This document shows positions 9,005 to 19,829 of a stretch of DNA of 64,000 bases, piece by piece. The stretch spans positions 958,630 through 1,022,629 of the forward strand of contig CBDDJM010000001.1 of NCBI GenBank assembly GCA_965229795.1, written 5' to 3'. Every line of letters starts with the position of its first letter. The stretch's first letter is position 1. A program made the translations under genes and the position numbers. A model generated the notes under the pieces. That model saw only the letters and a program-made list of their open reading frames with translations, was not told the DNA's origin and made no database searches. The DNA is from Oceanicaulis sp. GTDB taxonomy: Bacteria > Pseudomonadota > Alphaproteobacteria > Caulobacterales > Maricaulaceae.

Positions 9005-11584
9005 TTAGCCTTCGAAGGCGTCGATCAGGGCGCGCAGATGCGCACGGTGCGCGCGAGCTTCGCGCGAACCACCCAGATCAGGCATCCATTCTGGACCCAG
9101 CCAGCCTTTGACGTCGTTGATCGACGCCAGAGCAGCCGAGCGGGCCACTGGAGGATAGTCCCCGGCATCGCCCACAATACCGATCAGGGTCTGCAGGTAA
9201 GCCACCTGCAGGTTCTGGCGGTACGTGTTCGGATTGCCGCGAATATCGTCCTCGTACACGATCGACGTCAGGTCAGCCATGTAGTCCGAGATCGGATACT
9301 CGTTGCCATAGCGAGCCGTATCGATCATGCGCTCAAGCACATTCGGATGGGTCAGGTGAGCCAGGACCGCACGCTGCTGGCCAAAGGCACGGGCGTGCAA
9401 GCTTGGATCCTCATCGGTCCCACCATGGTTCCAGCCACGACGCTGACGCTGCATGTGATCGGCGAACTCTTCCTCGATGGAGAAAGCATCCGGACCGAAC
9501 AGAGCCGCCTCAATCACCTCAAGGGCCTGCTCCTGCTTGTCACGCGGCACCGGGATGAACGGCGTCTGGGCACCCGGCTGACCAACGGCCGCACGGTTGT
9601 TGTAGACACCGCCAACGTGGCGCGAGGCAACATTGGCTGCACCAAAGCGCTGGCCGGAAACGATCAGATAGCTGGTGACCAGCGGCTGATAGGACTCACC
9701 TTCACGCAGGAAGCGCTCCGGCAGGCCCGCAATGGTGCGGTTGGCCAGCTCAACGCGACCCTGTGCCCAGGTCACGGGATCGTCGGACAGGTCGTTGATC
9801 ATCACGCGCGGGTCGATATGACGGCCCGGAGCGCGCATGTCATCAGCGTCGTTGCCGAAGAAGTTCTCAGGCTCGGTCGAACGCTCCAGAATGGCTGGCA
9901 GCTCTTCAGAGGCTGCAGTGTAGCCATACTCGACCGCCCAGATGTCATAGGCACCCGGAGTCTCCTGCGAATACTGAACGGTATCGCTCAGGTCATCAGG
10001 CAGGTTCAGCGCCGGATAGTCCATGATGGAATGCGTGGCCGTCGTGCCGTTTGCCAGATCTTCCAGCGAAACGTTCGAGGTTGCACCCATGTTGTGCGCC
10101 AGACCCAACGTGTGGCCGATCTCGTGGATGATGAGATAGTGCAGCGACTGGCGAACCAGCTCGTTCTGCGCGGCTTCCTCAGCACCCATCACCTGCATGG
10201 CGGCCAGGGCACCCTGGGTTTCCATCTGCAGGTGCTCAGCGAAGTTACACATTGCACCATGCTCATGCTCCAGCGGGAACGGGGCCTCGCCGGTGGCTTC
10301 GGTGATCATGTCTTCAGGCATCCAGGTCGTCAGACCAGCAACCTCAAACACGTCAGCGTTCCGAATACGGTTCGTCAGGAAGACGTATTCCAGCATGATG
10401 TCTGCGCCGATGATTTCACCGGTGCGCGGGTTAGTGAAGCTTGGGCCATAACCACCGAACGGAGGCGTCGGCGAGGAGGTCCAGCGCAGGACGTTGTAGC
10501 GAATATCGCCAGCGTCCCAGTCGGCATCGTCCGGCTGCTGACGCACTTCAATGGCGTTGGAGAAGCCAGCCGCTTCAAACGCGATATTCCAGGTCAGTGC
10601 GGCTTCACGGATGACGTCGCGATACTCGACCGGAGTGGTGTTCTCAATCCACCAGACAATCGGCTCAACCGGATCAGACACTTCAGCGTCCGGATCCTGC
10701 TTGACCAGGCGCCAGCGATTGATCAGGTCGTTATAAGGCGTGTAGTCCGGATCGGTCAGATTGGTGACCTGCTCCATGAAATAGCCCACACGGAAATCAT
10801 CAGCACGCGGCTCAAAACCGTCATCCGGCATGGCGACAAAGCTGTGCTGCACCTGAACGGCGACAGCGCGCGCGTCGGTGATTTCCGGACCACCAAAGTT
10901 CCGCGGAGTGTCGTTCTGGTAGACATATTCCACCAGCACGTCGGTGTTTTCCGGATAGGAGCGGGTCTCCAGGATCCGGGTCAGACCCGACTGCAGGCGG
11001 CCCATGTTGAAGGCCTGAGCCGCTGCCGGGCCTTGCGGGCCGGCCGGCTTGACCTGGTGAAGGTCTTCACCGCGCAGCGTGTCACCGATGTCGATGAGGT
11101 AGCGGGCTTCGGTGCCTGCCTCTTCATCTGCTTCAGTCTCAGCCACAATCGACAGGCTCGCCAGCGGCGCGCGGGTGATGTTGGCTTCGGACGCACGGGC
11201 CAGAGCATTGCCCTCATCGAAGGCGAAATTGGTGTTGATCTGGCTGATCTCGATGTCGCCGTAACGCTTGTTGAATTCAAACACAGCGTTGTCGCGATAC
11301 TGGCCCCGGAACAGGCCGACGCGCGGCGCGCCATTTTCAGCGTAGGTGAAATAGATCACCTCTTCGCCGAGCTGGCTTTCAGAGATTTCCATATACAGAT
11401 CGCCGTCTTCAGGATCGGTATACAGCGTGAAGAGGCCTTCCTGGGCCTCAAAGTCTTCGACATAGCTCTCAATGGAGTTGTCTTCTTCATCCTCGTCATC
11501 GTCGCTATCTTGAGCAAACGACGGCGAAGCAACCGCGACGGCGGCCAGGGCCGCGGCAAACCAGCGGCTTCGATACTTCATCAT
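9005..11584 (-). CDS. secreted zinc-dependent metalloprotease (HExxH; DUF4953/DUF5117-like)
   Basis: The ORF track gives 9005-11986. The likely start is the internal MMKYRSRWFAAALAAVAVASPSFA signal peptide at residue 135, which gives 11584. Zinc site LIIHEIGHTLGLAHN. An acidic DSDDDEDEED stretch follows the signal peptide. Confidence 0.8.
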   Translation of the reverse strand: MMKYRSRWFAAALAAVAVASPSFAQDSDDDEDEEDNSIESYVEDFEAQEGLFTLYTDPEDGDLYMEISESQLGEEVIYFTYAENGAPRVGLFRGQYRDNAVFEFNKRYGDIEISQINTNFAFDEGNALARASEANITRAPLASLSIVAETEADEEAGTEARYLIDIGDTLRGEDLHQVKPAGPQGPAAAQAFNMGRLQSGLTRILETRSYPENTDVLVEYVYQNDTPRNFGGPEITDARAVAVQVQHSFVAMPDDGFEPRADDFRVGYFMEQVTNLTDPDYTPYNDLINRWRLVKQDPDAEVSDPVEPIVWWIENTTPVEYRDVIREAALTWNIAFEAAGFSNAIEVRQQPDDADWDAGDIRYNVLRWTSSPTPPFGGYGPSFTNPRTGEIIGADIMLEYVFLTNRIRNADVFEVAGLTTWMPEDMITEATGEAPFPLEHEHGAMCNFAEHLQMETQGALAAMQVMGAEEAAQNELVRQSLHYLIIHEIGHTLGLAHNMGATSNVSLEDLANGTTATHSIMDYPALNLPDDLSDTVQYSQETPGAYDIWAVEYGYTAASEELPAILERSTEPENFFGNDADDMRAPGRHIDPRVMINDLSDDPVTWAQGRVELANRTIAGLPERFLREGESYQPLVTSYLIVSGQRFGAANVASRHVGGVYNNRAAVGQPGAQTPFIPVPRDKQEQALEVIEAALFGPDAFSIEEEFADHMQRQRRGWNHGGTDEDPSLHARAFGQQRAVLAHLTHPNVLERMIDTARYGNEYPISDYMADLTSIVYEDDIRGNPNTYRQNLQVAYLQTLIGIVGDAGDYPPVARSAALASINDVKGWLGPEWMPDLGGSREARAHRAHLRALIDAFEG

Positions 11585-11743
11585 AGGGCAGCTCCCCTCC
11601 CGTTGTGTGGCGCATAACCTAGGCTGTTCAATCCCAAACGTCCAAGGATTGGGTGTTACGATTCTGTAAGCTGCTGCAGCATGCTCGGGTTTTCCACGAA
11701 ATCTGGCCCAATTCGCGTTGGCAGATCGGAATATGTTCCTATT

Positions 11744-11977
11744 ATGTTCCCCATGCCGCGCCGTGATCCAGACCTGTCCGAATGCCTTGCCTATGCGCTT
11801 TGGCGCAGCCCCTGGCGCAAGCGTCTTGAGGGGCTCGATGCCTGCCGTATGGCAGCTCAGGACATTGAACGCCACCTGAAGCGATCGGGATATGAACTGG
11901 AACGCCGCCCGGCCATGGAGCCCCATGGCAGACTGGCGCAGGCACACAGCGACACCAAGTCGCCCCGGTCGGACTAA
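11744..11977 (+). CDS. small hypothetical protein (77 aa)
   Basis: This is the only plausible ORF in the roughly 500-nt gap between the metalloprotease and the MCP. The ATG at 11744 gives MFPMPRRDPDLSECLAYALWRSPW...CRMAAQDIERHLKRSGYEL. Codon usage looks gene-like. No family recognised. Confidence 0.35.
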   Translation: MFPMPRRDPDLSECLAYALWRSPWRKRLEGLDACRMAAQDIERHLKRSGYELERRPAMEPHGRLAQAHSDTKSPRSD

Positions 11978-12089
11978 ACCGGCCACCCAGGCTCTTCGGT
12001 CAGACCGTGAAACGGTTTGGAAACCATAATCATATCCATATGAACTCTAATTAAAGCCTACTCACTGAGCGTTCATAACGGAGAGTTCG

Positions 12090-13799
12090 ATGCCCGCTTT
12101 CATTCAGGCTTCCCTGTCTGCGCGCATATTCATCCTGACGGCCGCCCTCGTCGCCGCATCAGTGGTCGCGGTGGCGGTTGGCGCAAGCTGGGTAATCGGC
12201 GCGAATATCGCCAGCAACGCGACAGCGTCCCAGGACATCAATCTTCGCGTTGCCGTCTCGACGTTGGAGCGCACGATTCCCGGACTGGAGGCTGAGTATT
12301 CCAGCAATGGCGAGATCCGCCGCCTGACCGCACCGTCCATTCCTGCGTTTGAAAACCACAACACGATCGACTCCGTTGGCCAGCAGACTGGTGAAACCGC
12401 GACCGTCTTTGTCTGGGATGAGAGCCAGAGCGACTTTGTTCGCCGCACCACCAACATCACGCGTCCTGACGGCACCCGCGCGGTCGGCACAGTCCTTGGG
12501 ACTGGAGCGGTCTATGATGCCATGATGGCGGGCCAGGGCTTTCGCGGTGAAGCCGTTATTCTGGGCACGCCCTATTTTACCGCCTACCAGCCGGTCTTCT
12601 CTGATACCGGCAATGTCATCGGCATCATCTATGTGGGCGTCCAGCGCTCCAAAATTGTCGCTGTACGCAACCAGGTCATCACCGTGATGAGCATTGTCGG
12701 TCTGCTGGCCTTTCTGGCCGCAGCCGGTGCAGCATTCGCCGGGGTACGCGGCACTGTCGGCCCGCTGCGCCAGCTGGAGGACAGCGTCGAGACCATTGCC
12801 AGCGGCGATTACGGCGCACCGATTGCCGGCGAGAGCCGTGCTGACGAGATCGGCCGGATTGCCAAAGCTCTCGTGGCGCTGAAATCAAAGCTGTCTGAAG
12901 CCGAAGCGACAAGCGCTGAGGCCCGTGAAGCCACCGAAGCTCGTCTCGCCCGCTCCGAAGCCATGGCCGCAGAAGTCGAGCGCTTCCAGGAAAAAGCTGA
13001 CACCATTCTGGGCAAGGTGCGTGAGGCCGCCAACAAGGTGAGCCGCGCTGCTGAAACCACCCGCACCACTGCTGCCGATGGTCGCCAGCGCAGCGAAGCC
13101 ATGCGCACCGCCGCTCGTGAAGCAAGCGCCGGGGTTCAAACCATGGCCGCCTCCACCGAAGAGCTGAATGCCGCCATTGGTGAGATTGCTGCCTCTGCTG
13201 GCCGTGTCTCGGATTTGACCCGTCAGTCGACCAGCCGCACTGAACAGACCCAGGCCCTGATGGAGGAGATGGCGAAAGCGCTGGGCGATGTCACCGCCAT
13301 CATCACCGAGATCAATGGCGTTGCTGAACAGACCAACCTGCTGGCCCTGAACGCCACCATCGAGTCGGCGCGCGCCGGTGAAGCCGGTAAAGGATTTGCA
13401 GTCGTGGCGAGCGAAGTGAAGGAGCTCGCCAGCCAGACCCAGCGCCTGACCGAAACCATCAATGAGCGTGTGGACCGCTTTGCCGGCCGCGTGCGCGAAG
13501 CGACCGAGGCAACCCAGGCCATGGCAGACGGCATCCGCGACATCGATGCCAGCTCACAGGAAAGCGCCGCCGCCGTGGAGCAACAAACCGTTGCCGTCGG
13601 CGAAGTTGCCCGCTCAGCCCAGAATGCAGCCCAGAACACCGAAGCCGTGGAGCGGGATGCACAGGGCGTTGCGGATGGGGCGCAATCCTCCGTCAGCGCG
13701 GCTGAAGAAATCTCAACCCTCGCCAGCGAGCTTGAAATCAGCGCCGATACGCTCGCCAGCGATATCGACAGCTTCATCAAATCTGTGCGCGCCGCCTGA
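12090..13799 (+). CDS. methyl-accepting chemotaxis protein with Cache-type periplasmic sensor
   Basis: 569-aa ORF with TM1, then a periplasmic region with TATVFVWD...[10 protein letters not shown]...[12 protein letters not shown]...IGIIYVGV (Cache_3-Cache_2 pattern), TM2 and HAMP. The signalling domain contains [41 protein letters not shown]. Confidence 0.9.
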   Translation: MPAFIQASLSARIFILTAALVAASVVAVAVGASWVIGANIASNATASQDINLRVAVSTLERTIPGLEAEYSSNGEIRRLTAPSIPAFENHNTIDSVGQQTGETATVFVWDESQSDFVRRTTNITRPDGTRAVGTVLGTGAVYDAMMAGQGFRGEAVILGTPYFTAYQPVFSDTGNVIGIIYVGVQRSKIVAVRNQVITVMSIVGLLAFLAAAGAAFAGVRGTVGPLRQLEDSVETIASGDYGAPIAGESRADEIGRIAKALVALKSKLSEAEATSAEAREATEARLARSEAMAAEVERFQEKADTILGKVREAANKVSRAAETTRTTAADGRQRSEAMRTAAREASAGVQTMAASTEELNAAIGEIAASAGRVSDLTRQSTSRTEQTQALMEEMAKALGDVTAIITEINGVAEQTNLLALNATIESARAGEAGKGFAVVASEVKELASQTQRLTETINERVDRFAGRVREATEATQAMADGIRDIDASSQESAAAVEQQTVAVGEVARSAQNAAQNTEAVERDAQGVADGAQSSVSAAEEISTLASELEISADTLASDIDSFIKSVRAA

Positions 13800-13826
13800 C
13801 CCCCCGCTTGAGCATCGCGCGCAGTG

Positions 13827-13864
13827 AACGCCCGCCTGTGATCTTTCGCAGGCGGGCGTTTTTG
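13827..13864 (+). terminator. rho-independent terminator after the MCP gene
   Basis: 12-bp stem AACGCCCGCCTG/CAGGCGGGCGTT with a 10-nt loop, followed by TTTTT. Confidence 0.75.
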
Positions 13865-13922
13865 CTTATACGGGCGCGCTAATCAGGCCAGTAAGCTGGA
13901 AACAAGAAGAAGGTATCGCGCC

Positions 13923-15020
<1,098 letters not shown>

Positions 15021-15033
15021 GGGGATCGCGCCG

Positions 15034-15927
15034 GTGAACTACCGTCACGCCTTTCACGCTGGAAACTTTGCCGATGTGCTCAAGCATGTCGTGCTGGCGC
15101 TGTGCTTTGAGCATCTTAAAGCCAAGCCCAAGCCATTTCGTTATATCGACACCCATTCCGGCATTGGTCAGTACGACCTGACCAGTGATGAGGCCCGGCG
15201 CAGCCCGGAATTTGAGGACGGGATCACGCGCGTCCTCGCTGCCGACAAGCCCGACGATGTGGCAGCGGTCCTGAAACCCTTCCTCGACGCAGTTGCGGCC
15301 AGTAATTCTGGCGAGGCGCTGACCGCTTACCCGGGAAGCCCGCAGGTCGCAGCAAGCCTGCTTCGCGATACCGACCGCATCCAGCTGTGCGAACTCCACC
15401 CGGCCGACGCCAAGACCCTCGACCAGCGCTACGCGAAAGATCGCCGGGTGAAGGTGGAGGCGCGCGACGGCTACAAGGCGCTCAGCGCCATTGTGCCGCC
15501 GGTGGAAAAGCGCGGCCTGGTCCTGATCGACCCGCCCTTTGAACATCGCGATGAGATGGCCTTCATGGCCGAAGCCGCGATGAATGGCATCAATCGCTGG
15601 CCCATCGGCACCTTCATCTTCTGGCGTCCGCTTAAAGACCTGTGGGCTCAGGAGCGCTTTGATGTGGGCCTGACTGAATGGCTGATTGCCGAAAAGCAGA
15701 TCGAGCCTGAAAAAATCCTGCGCGCCGATTTGTGGGTGCGCGAGCTGGAAAGCGAAGGCAAGCTGGCCGGGGCCGGCGTTGTCGTCGTCAATCCGCCCTA
15801 CACGCTGGAAGACAATCTGGTCACCCTTCTGCCCTGGCTATGTGAGGTCCTGAAGCAGGACGACGGCGCAGGCTGGCGTGTCGACGGCGTCATCGCCGAA
15901 GACAGCCTGCTGGTGGATGAGTTTTAA
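15034..15927 (+). CDS. rlmJ: 23S rRNA (adenine2030-N6)-methyltransferase RlmJ
   Basis: N-terminal MNYRHAFHAGNFADVLKH and the later YPGSP and LIDPPFE motifs are typical of RlmJ. Confidence 0.85.
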   Translation: MNYRHAFHAGNFADVLKHVVLALCFEHLKAKPKPFRYIDTHSGIGQYDLTSDEARRSPEFEDGITRVLAADKPDDVAAVLKPFLDAVAASNSGEALTAYPGSPQVAASLLRDTDRIQLCELHPADAKTLDQRYAKDRRVKVEARDGYKALSAIVPPVEKRGLVLIDPPFEHRDEMAFMAEAAMNGINRWPIGTFIFWRPLKDLWAQERFDVGLTEWLIAEKQIEPEKILRADLWVRELESEGKLAGAGVVVVNPPYTLEDNLVTLLPWLCEVLKQDDGAGWRVDGVIAEDSLLVDEF

Positions 15928-15938
15928 AGCTTGAGGAC

Positions 15939-16037
15939 TTGAACCCCCGTCGCATGACGGGGCCTCTATCAGAATTGAGCACCAGGGTCACAATGAGGTC
16001 CCGGATCATCGCTACGCTCGTCCGGGATTTCATATTT
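15939..16037 (-). repeat. MITE/REP-like palindromic element, family 1, copy c (inverted, shorter)
   Basis: The reverse complement reads AAATATGAAATCCCGGACGAGCGTAGCGATGATCCGGGACCT...GAGGCCCCGTCATGCGACGGGGGTTCAAG, matching copies a and b. It sits in the convergent gap between rlmJ and the MFS gene. Confidence 0.65.
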
Positions 16038-16059
16038 AGGGCCTTACTGCGCGCTGGCC

Positions 16060-17301
16060 CTAATCCTCGTCAGGAACCACCTCGCCCACGCCAAACAGCT
16101 TTCCGCGTTCGGTCCAGGCCACAACCGCCAGCGACAACGCACCAAGGATCGCGAAGCCGGCAATCAGCGGCACCACGGTGCCGTCATAGGTCTGGCCGAT
16201 GATGGAGCCGAGCGTCGCGCCGGACATGGACGTGACGCCGCCATAAAGCGCAGCGGCCGTGCCCGCACGTTCTCCGGCCGGCTCCATGACCAGCGCGGAG
16301 AAATTCGCGCCCATCCAGGCAAACATCAAAAGCGAGGCGGTCAACAGGCTGAAATAGATCCCAAAGGGTGGCTGGCCCATCAGGGCAATCGCCAGGTGGA
16401 CAATATTCAGCCCCAGAAACACCACCACGGCCGTGTGGGATATACGCCGCATCCCCAGCCGCCGCACAATGCGCGCGTTGAGAATATTCGCCGCCGCAAG
16501 CCCGACCGCGACGCCGCCAAACGCCAACGCAAAGTATTCCTCCAGCCCATAGAGCTCGGCCAGGACCTGCTCGGAGGTCGCAATGAAGGCGAACAGCGCC
16601 CCGAAGATCAGACCCGCCGCCACGATATAGCCGGCCGAAACACGTTCGGTCAGGACGAGGCGATAGTTTTTAATCGCCGACGGAATCGACAGCGCGATGC
16701 GATGCTCAGCGCGCAGGGTTTCTGGCAGGCGGACAAACATCCACACGCCAAGCCCCACAGCCATGACGAAGAGGAAGGCGAAGATCGCCTGCCACGGGCC
16801 GATAAACAGGATGCCCTGCCCGATACTGGGGGCGAGGATCGGCGCGACCATGAACACCGTCATGGCAAAGCTCATGATCTCCGCCATGCGCCGCCCGCTG
16901 ACGAGATCGCGCACGACCGCAACCGCCACCACCCGAGTGGCCGCTGCGGCCACGCCCTGCAGGGCCCGGGCCGCGATCATCCAGACGATGTCCTGTGACA
17001 TCAGGCACAACACCGTCGCGGCAAGATACCCCGCCAGCGCAAACAGCAGCGTCAGCCGACGCCCCAGCGCATCCGCCAGCGGGCCAAACCCGAGCTGCGC
17101 CAGGCCAAAGCCGAAGACGTAAGCGGTGATCACCAGCTGGCGGTTATTGCCCGGCGCACCCAGATCGCCGCCTATCTCGCCCAGCGCAGGCAGCAGGATG
17201 TCGATCGACAAGGCATTGAGCGCCATCAGCCCGCCCACCATGGCGATCAGCTCTACCGTCGTCAGCGAGGGACGACGCGGATCAGGCGATGAAATGCGCA
17301 A
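16060..17301 (-). CDS. MFS transporter, Bcr/CflA-type drug efflux
   Basis: 413-aa ORF with about 12 TM segments. Motif GPLADALGRR lies between TM2 and TM3. The N-terminal layout resembles Bcr/CflA family members. Confidence 0.8.
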   Translation of the reverse strand: MRISSPDPRRPSLTTVELIAMVGGLMALNALSIDILLPALGEIGGDLGAPGNNRQLVITAYVFGFGLAQLGFGPLADALGRRLTLLFALAGYLAATVLCLMSQDIVWMIAARALQGVAAAATRVVAVAVVRDLVSGRRMAEIMSFAMTVFMVAPILAPSIGQGILFIGPWQAIFAFLFVMAVGLGVWMFVRLPETLRAEHRIALSIPSAIKNYRLVLTERVSAGYIVAAGLIFGALFAFIATSEQVLAELYGLEEYFALAFGGVAVGLAAANILNARIVRRLGMRRISHTAVVVFLGLNIVHLAIALMGQPPFGIYFSLLTASLLMFAWMGANFSALVMEPAGERAGTAAALYGGVTSMSGATLGSIIGQTYDGTVVPLIAGFAILGALSLAVVAWTERGKLFGVGEVVPDED

Positions 17302-17380
17302 GGAAGCTCTCCGGCAAACACGGCGCGCAAGCTATGTCGCTGACAGGGCTACGTCGAGCGGCGAGCTGCTTATGTCCAAA

Positions 17381-17502
17381 ATCCTGAAATCCCGGACGAG
17401 CGTAGCGACGATCCGGGACCTGGCACAGAACAATGCTCCATAGCCGCATGGAGGCCCCGGTTCAGCGCCCCGGAACAAATCCGGGGCTTGGCCGGGGTTT
17501 CA
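17381..17502 (+). repeat. MITE/REP-like palindromic element, family 1, copy b
   Basis: ATCCTGAAATCCCGGACGAGCGTAGCGACGATCCGGGACCTG...CATGGAGGCCCCGG...CCCCGGAACAAATCCGGGG CTTGGCCGGGGTTTCA. It is colinear with copy a and carries one extra hairpin module. Confidence 0.7.
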
Positions 17503-17509
17503 TGGGCTT

Positions 17510-18379
17510 CTAATATTCCGGCTCGTCGTCCCACGGCCAGCCCGGTGGGTAGTCGCCGGGGACCTGGCCCGGGAAATTCGGCGGGCGTTTTTCAAGAAAG
17601 CTCGTCACGCCTTCAACCGCATCGGCGCTGATCCCGCGATGCAGGATGGCGCGGCTTTCAAGGCGGTGGGCGTCCATGGGATGGGGCGCACCCAGCATGC
17701 GCCAGACGAGGCGGCGGTTCATGGCGACCGAAACTGCCGCGGTGTTGGCGGTCAGTGCCCTCGCTTTCTCCATGGCGCGCTCCAGCACTGCTTTGGGCGT
17801 ATCGGCGAGCTCTGAGACGAGCTTTTTCTCCAGCGCCTCTTCAGCCATGAAGGTGCGGCCCGACAGGCCCCAGTCGAGCGCGGTTTCAATACCCACAAGG
17901 CGAGGCAGGAACCAGCTCGCCGCCCCGTCCCAGGCGATGCCGCGCTTGGTGAACGGCATCGCGAATTTCGCCCCGGCCAGCGCCACGCGCGCATCCATGG
18001 GCAGGATCACCGTCGCCCCGATGCCCACCGCCGCGCCATTAATAGCGGCCACGACCGGCTTTTCGCTGTCAAAAACGCGCAGATTCATCAGCCCGCCGGT
18101 GTCGCGCCATTTGGGGTCGGTATCGTCAAACGCGCCCGAGCCTTGCGCTTCCTGCAGCATGGCAAAGGCCTCAGCGCCCGCCGACAGGTCGGCGCCGGCG
18201 CAGAACGCCTTGCCGGCACCCGTCACGACGACCGAGCGAACCGACGGGTCGGCATCGGTTTCATCAAAACAGGCGGCCACCTCCTGACCCATCTGGGGCG
18301 TGAAGGTATTCATGGCGTTGGGCCGGTTCAGCGTGATCAGGCCAAGGCCGTCAGAAATGTCGAGCTTTACAGTGTCCAA
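17510..18379 (-). CDS. enoyl-CoA hydratase/isomerase (crotonase) family protein
   Basis: 289-aa ORF with the crotonase-fold pattern ITLNRPNAMNTF...VVVTGAGKAFCAGADL...KPVVAAINGAAVGIGAT. Confidence 0.85.
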   Translation of the reverse strand: MDTVKLDISDGLGLITLNRPNAMNTFTPQMGQEVAACFDETDADPSVRSVVVTGAGKAFCAGADLSAGAEAFAMLQEAQGSGAFDDTDPKWRDTGGLMNLRVFDSEKPVVAAINGAAVGIGATVILPMDARVALAGAKFAMPFTKRGIAWDGAASWFLPRLVGIETALDWGLSGRTFMAEEALEKKLVSELADTPKAVLERAMEKARALTANTAAVSVAMNRRLVWRMLGAPHPMDAHRLESRAILHRGISADAVEGVTSFLEKRPPNFPGQVPGDYPPGWPWDDEPEY

Positions 18380-18518
18380 GTGGAGCCTCCCCGGCGGTGT
18401 TTTGTGGTTGGGGAGAGCTTAGGGGGTGCCGGGGCCGATGCGCCAGACCCGGATATGAAAACGGCCGCCCTCACCTCGTGAGAGCGGCCGCTTCAATGTC
18501 TGGCGCTAGCCTGAACCG

Positions 18519-19154
18519 TTACTTGTTCGGCTGAGGCGTGGTGCGCAGGTAAGGCTTGATCTTGTTGTAGCCTTTCGGGAACAGCTTGTCGGCGTCTTCG
18601 TCGGACACGCTCGGCACGATGATGCAATCTTCACCGTCTTCCCAGTTCACCGGCGTGGCGACTTTATAGCCGTCAGTCAGCTGTAGGGAGTCCAGCAGGC
18701 GCAGGACTTCGTTGAAGTTCCGGCCAGCGCTCGGCGGATAGGTGAAGGTGGCGCGGATCTTCTTGTTCGGGTCGATGATGTAGACCGAGCGCACGGTGAC
18801 CTTCGGGTCGGCGTTCGGGTGGATCATCGTGTAGAGCTCAGCCACCTTGCGGTCGACGTCGGCGATGATCGGGAAATTCATCTTCACGCCCTGGGTCTCT
18901 TCAATATCGCCAACCCAGGCCTTGTGGTCTTCCACCGGATCCACTGACAGGGCGATGGCTTTCGCGCCGCGCTTGGCAAACTCGTCCTTCAGCTTGGCGG
19001 TGTAGCCAAGCTCGGTGGTGCACACCGGGGTAAAGTCGGCCGGGTGGGAGAAGAAGATCACCCAGCTATCGCCGATCCAGTCATGGAATTTGATCGGGCC
19101 ATCTGTGGTTTCGACTTCGAAATCTGGGGCGACATCGCCGAGCAGAAGGGACAT
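18519..19154 (-). CDS. 1-Cys peroxiredoxin (Prx6-like)
   Basis: The ORF track gives 18519-19226. The internal start MSLLLGDVAPDFEV gives 19154. Active site FSHPADFTPVCTTELG. Length is about 211 aa. Confidence 0.88.
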   Translation of the reverse strand: MSLLLGDVAPDFEVETTDGPIKFHDWIGDSWVIFFSHPADFTPVCTTELGYTAKLKDEFAKRGAKAIALSVDPVEDHKAWVGDIEETQGVKMNFPIIADVDRKVAELYTMIHPNADPKVTVRSVYIIDPNKKIRATFTYPPSAGRNFNEVLRLLDSLQLTDGYKVATPVNWEDGEDCIIVPSVSDEDADKLFPKGYNKIKPYLRTTPQPNK

Positions 19155-19286
19155 TTTGAACTCCGTTGTTTTCGGCCTATTTGCCGAGGGGGTCGAACGC
19201 GCGTTTACTTGGGACCCAGACCGCACGGGTGCAACCCCCTCGCGGCGAAGCTAACGCAAGTGTGACGAAATCTGGAGCCGCCGCCC

Positions 19287-19781
19287 ATGCCGATCCTGAC
19301 CATCATGCGCCACGCCAAGTCCGTTGACCGCATGGAAGCCGAAGATGATTTTGAGCGCGGCCTGACCGAACGGGGGCGCGCCGATGCGACTGAAGCCGGT
19401 GCGGCGATGAAAGAAGCGGGGCTCAAAGCAGACATAGCTCTGGTCAGCCCGGCGAGGCGCACGCGGGAGACCTACAAACATATTGCAGAGGTGATGGGCA
19501 CGCCGCCGGTGGATGACCCGATGGTGCTGTATCACGCCACCCACGCCATGCTGATCCGGGCGATCAACAAGGCGATTGAGGATGGCGCCAGCGATATCGT
19601 TCTGGTCGGACACAATCCCGGCATAGGCGCGCTCGTCCATAGCCTCGCCGGTCAGAGCGGTCGCGCGGTGGACCTTCCCATGGGCTGGCCAACCAGTGCT
19701 GTCGCCGCCTTCAAGGTCAGCGTTGAGGACGGCGAGCTGGTCGCATCCGAGCGCCTGATGGTGTTCAATCCCAAGGGCTGA
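19287..19781 (+). CDS. histidine phosphatase family protein (SixA-like)
   Basis: 164-aa ORF with the N-terminal catalytic motif LTIMRHAKS (RHG-type) and a later GHNPG. Confidence 0.75.
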   Translation: MPILTIMRHAKSVDRMEAEDDFERGLTERGRADATEAGAAMKEAGLKADIALVSPARRTRETYKHIAEVMGTPPVDDPMVLYHATHAMLIRAINKAIEDGASDIVLVGHNPGIGALVHSLAGQSGRAVDLPMGWPTSAVAAFKVSVEDGELVASERLMVFNPKG

Positions 19782-19829
19782 TTCGCCTAAAACGAGAATT
19801 TATGCTTTCATCTTCCCCTATCGCGACCG

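Noticed and set aside
9038-11617. Very long antisense ORFs opposite real genes. Examples: 859 aa opposite the metalloprotease, 23330-24313 opposite katG, 28187-29671 opposite the P450, 52950-54050 opposite the RND pump, and 61183-62061 opposite the alkaline phosphatase.
   Set aside because: These are typical stop-codon-poor antisense frames in high-GC DNA. The translations are Arg/Gly/His-rich with no motifs, while the sense-strand products have clear family signatures.
12030-12089. A sigma-28-like motif, TAAAG-N15-GTTCATAA, upstream of the MCP gene.
   Set aside because: Only 5 of 8 positions match in the -10 element, and many alphaproteobacteria do not use FliA-type promoters for chemoreceptor genes.
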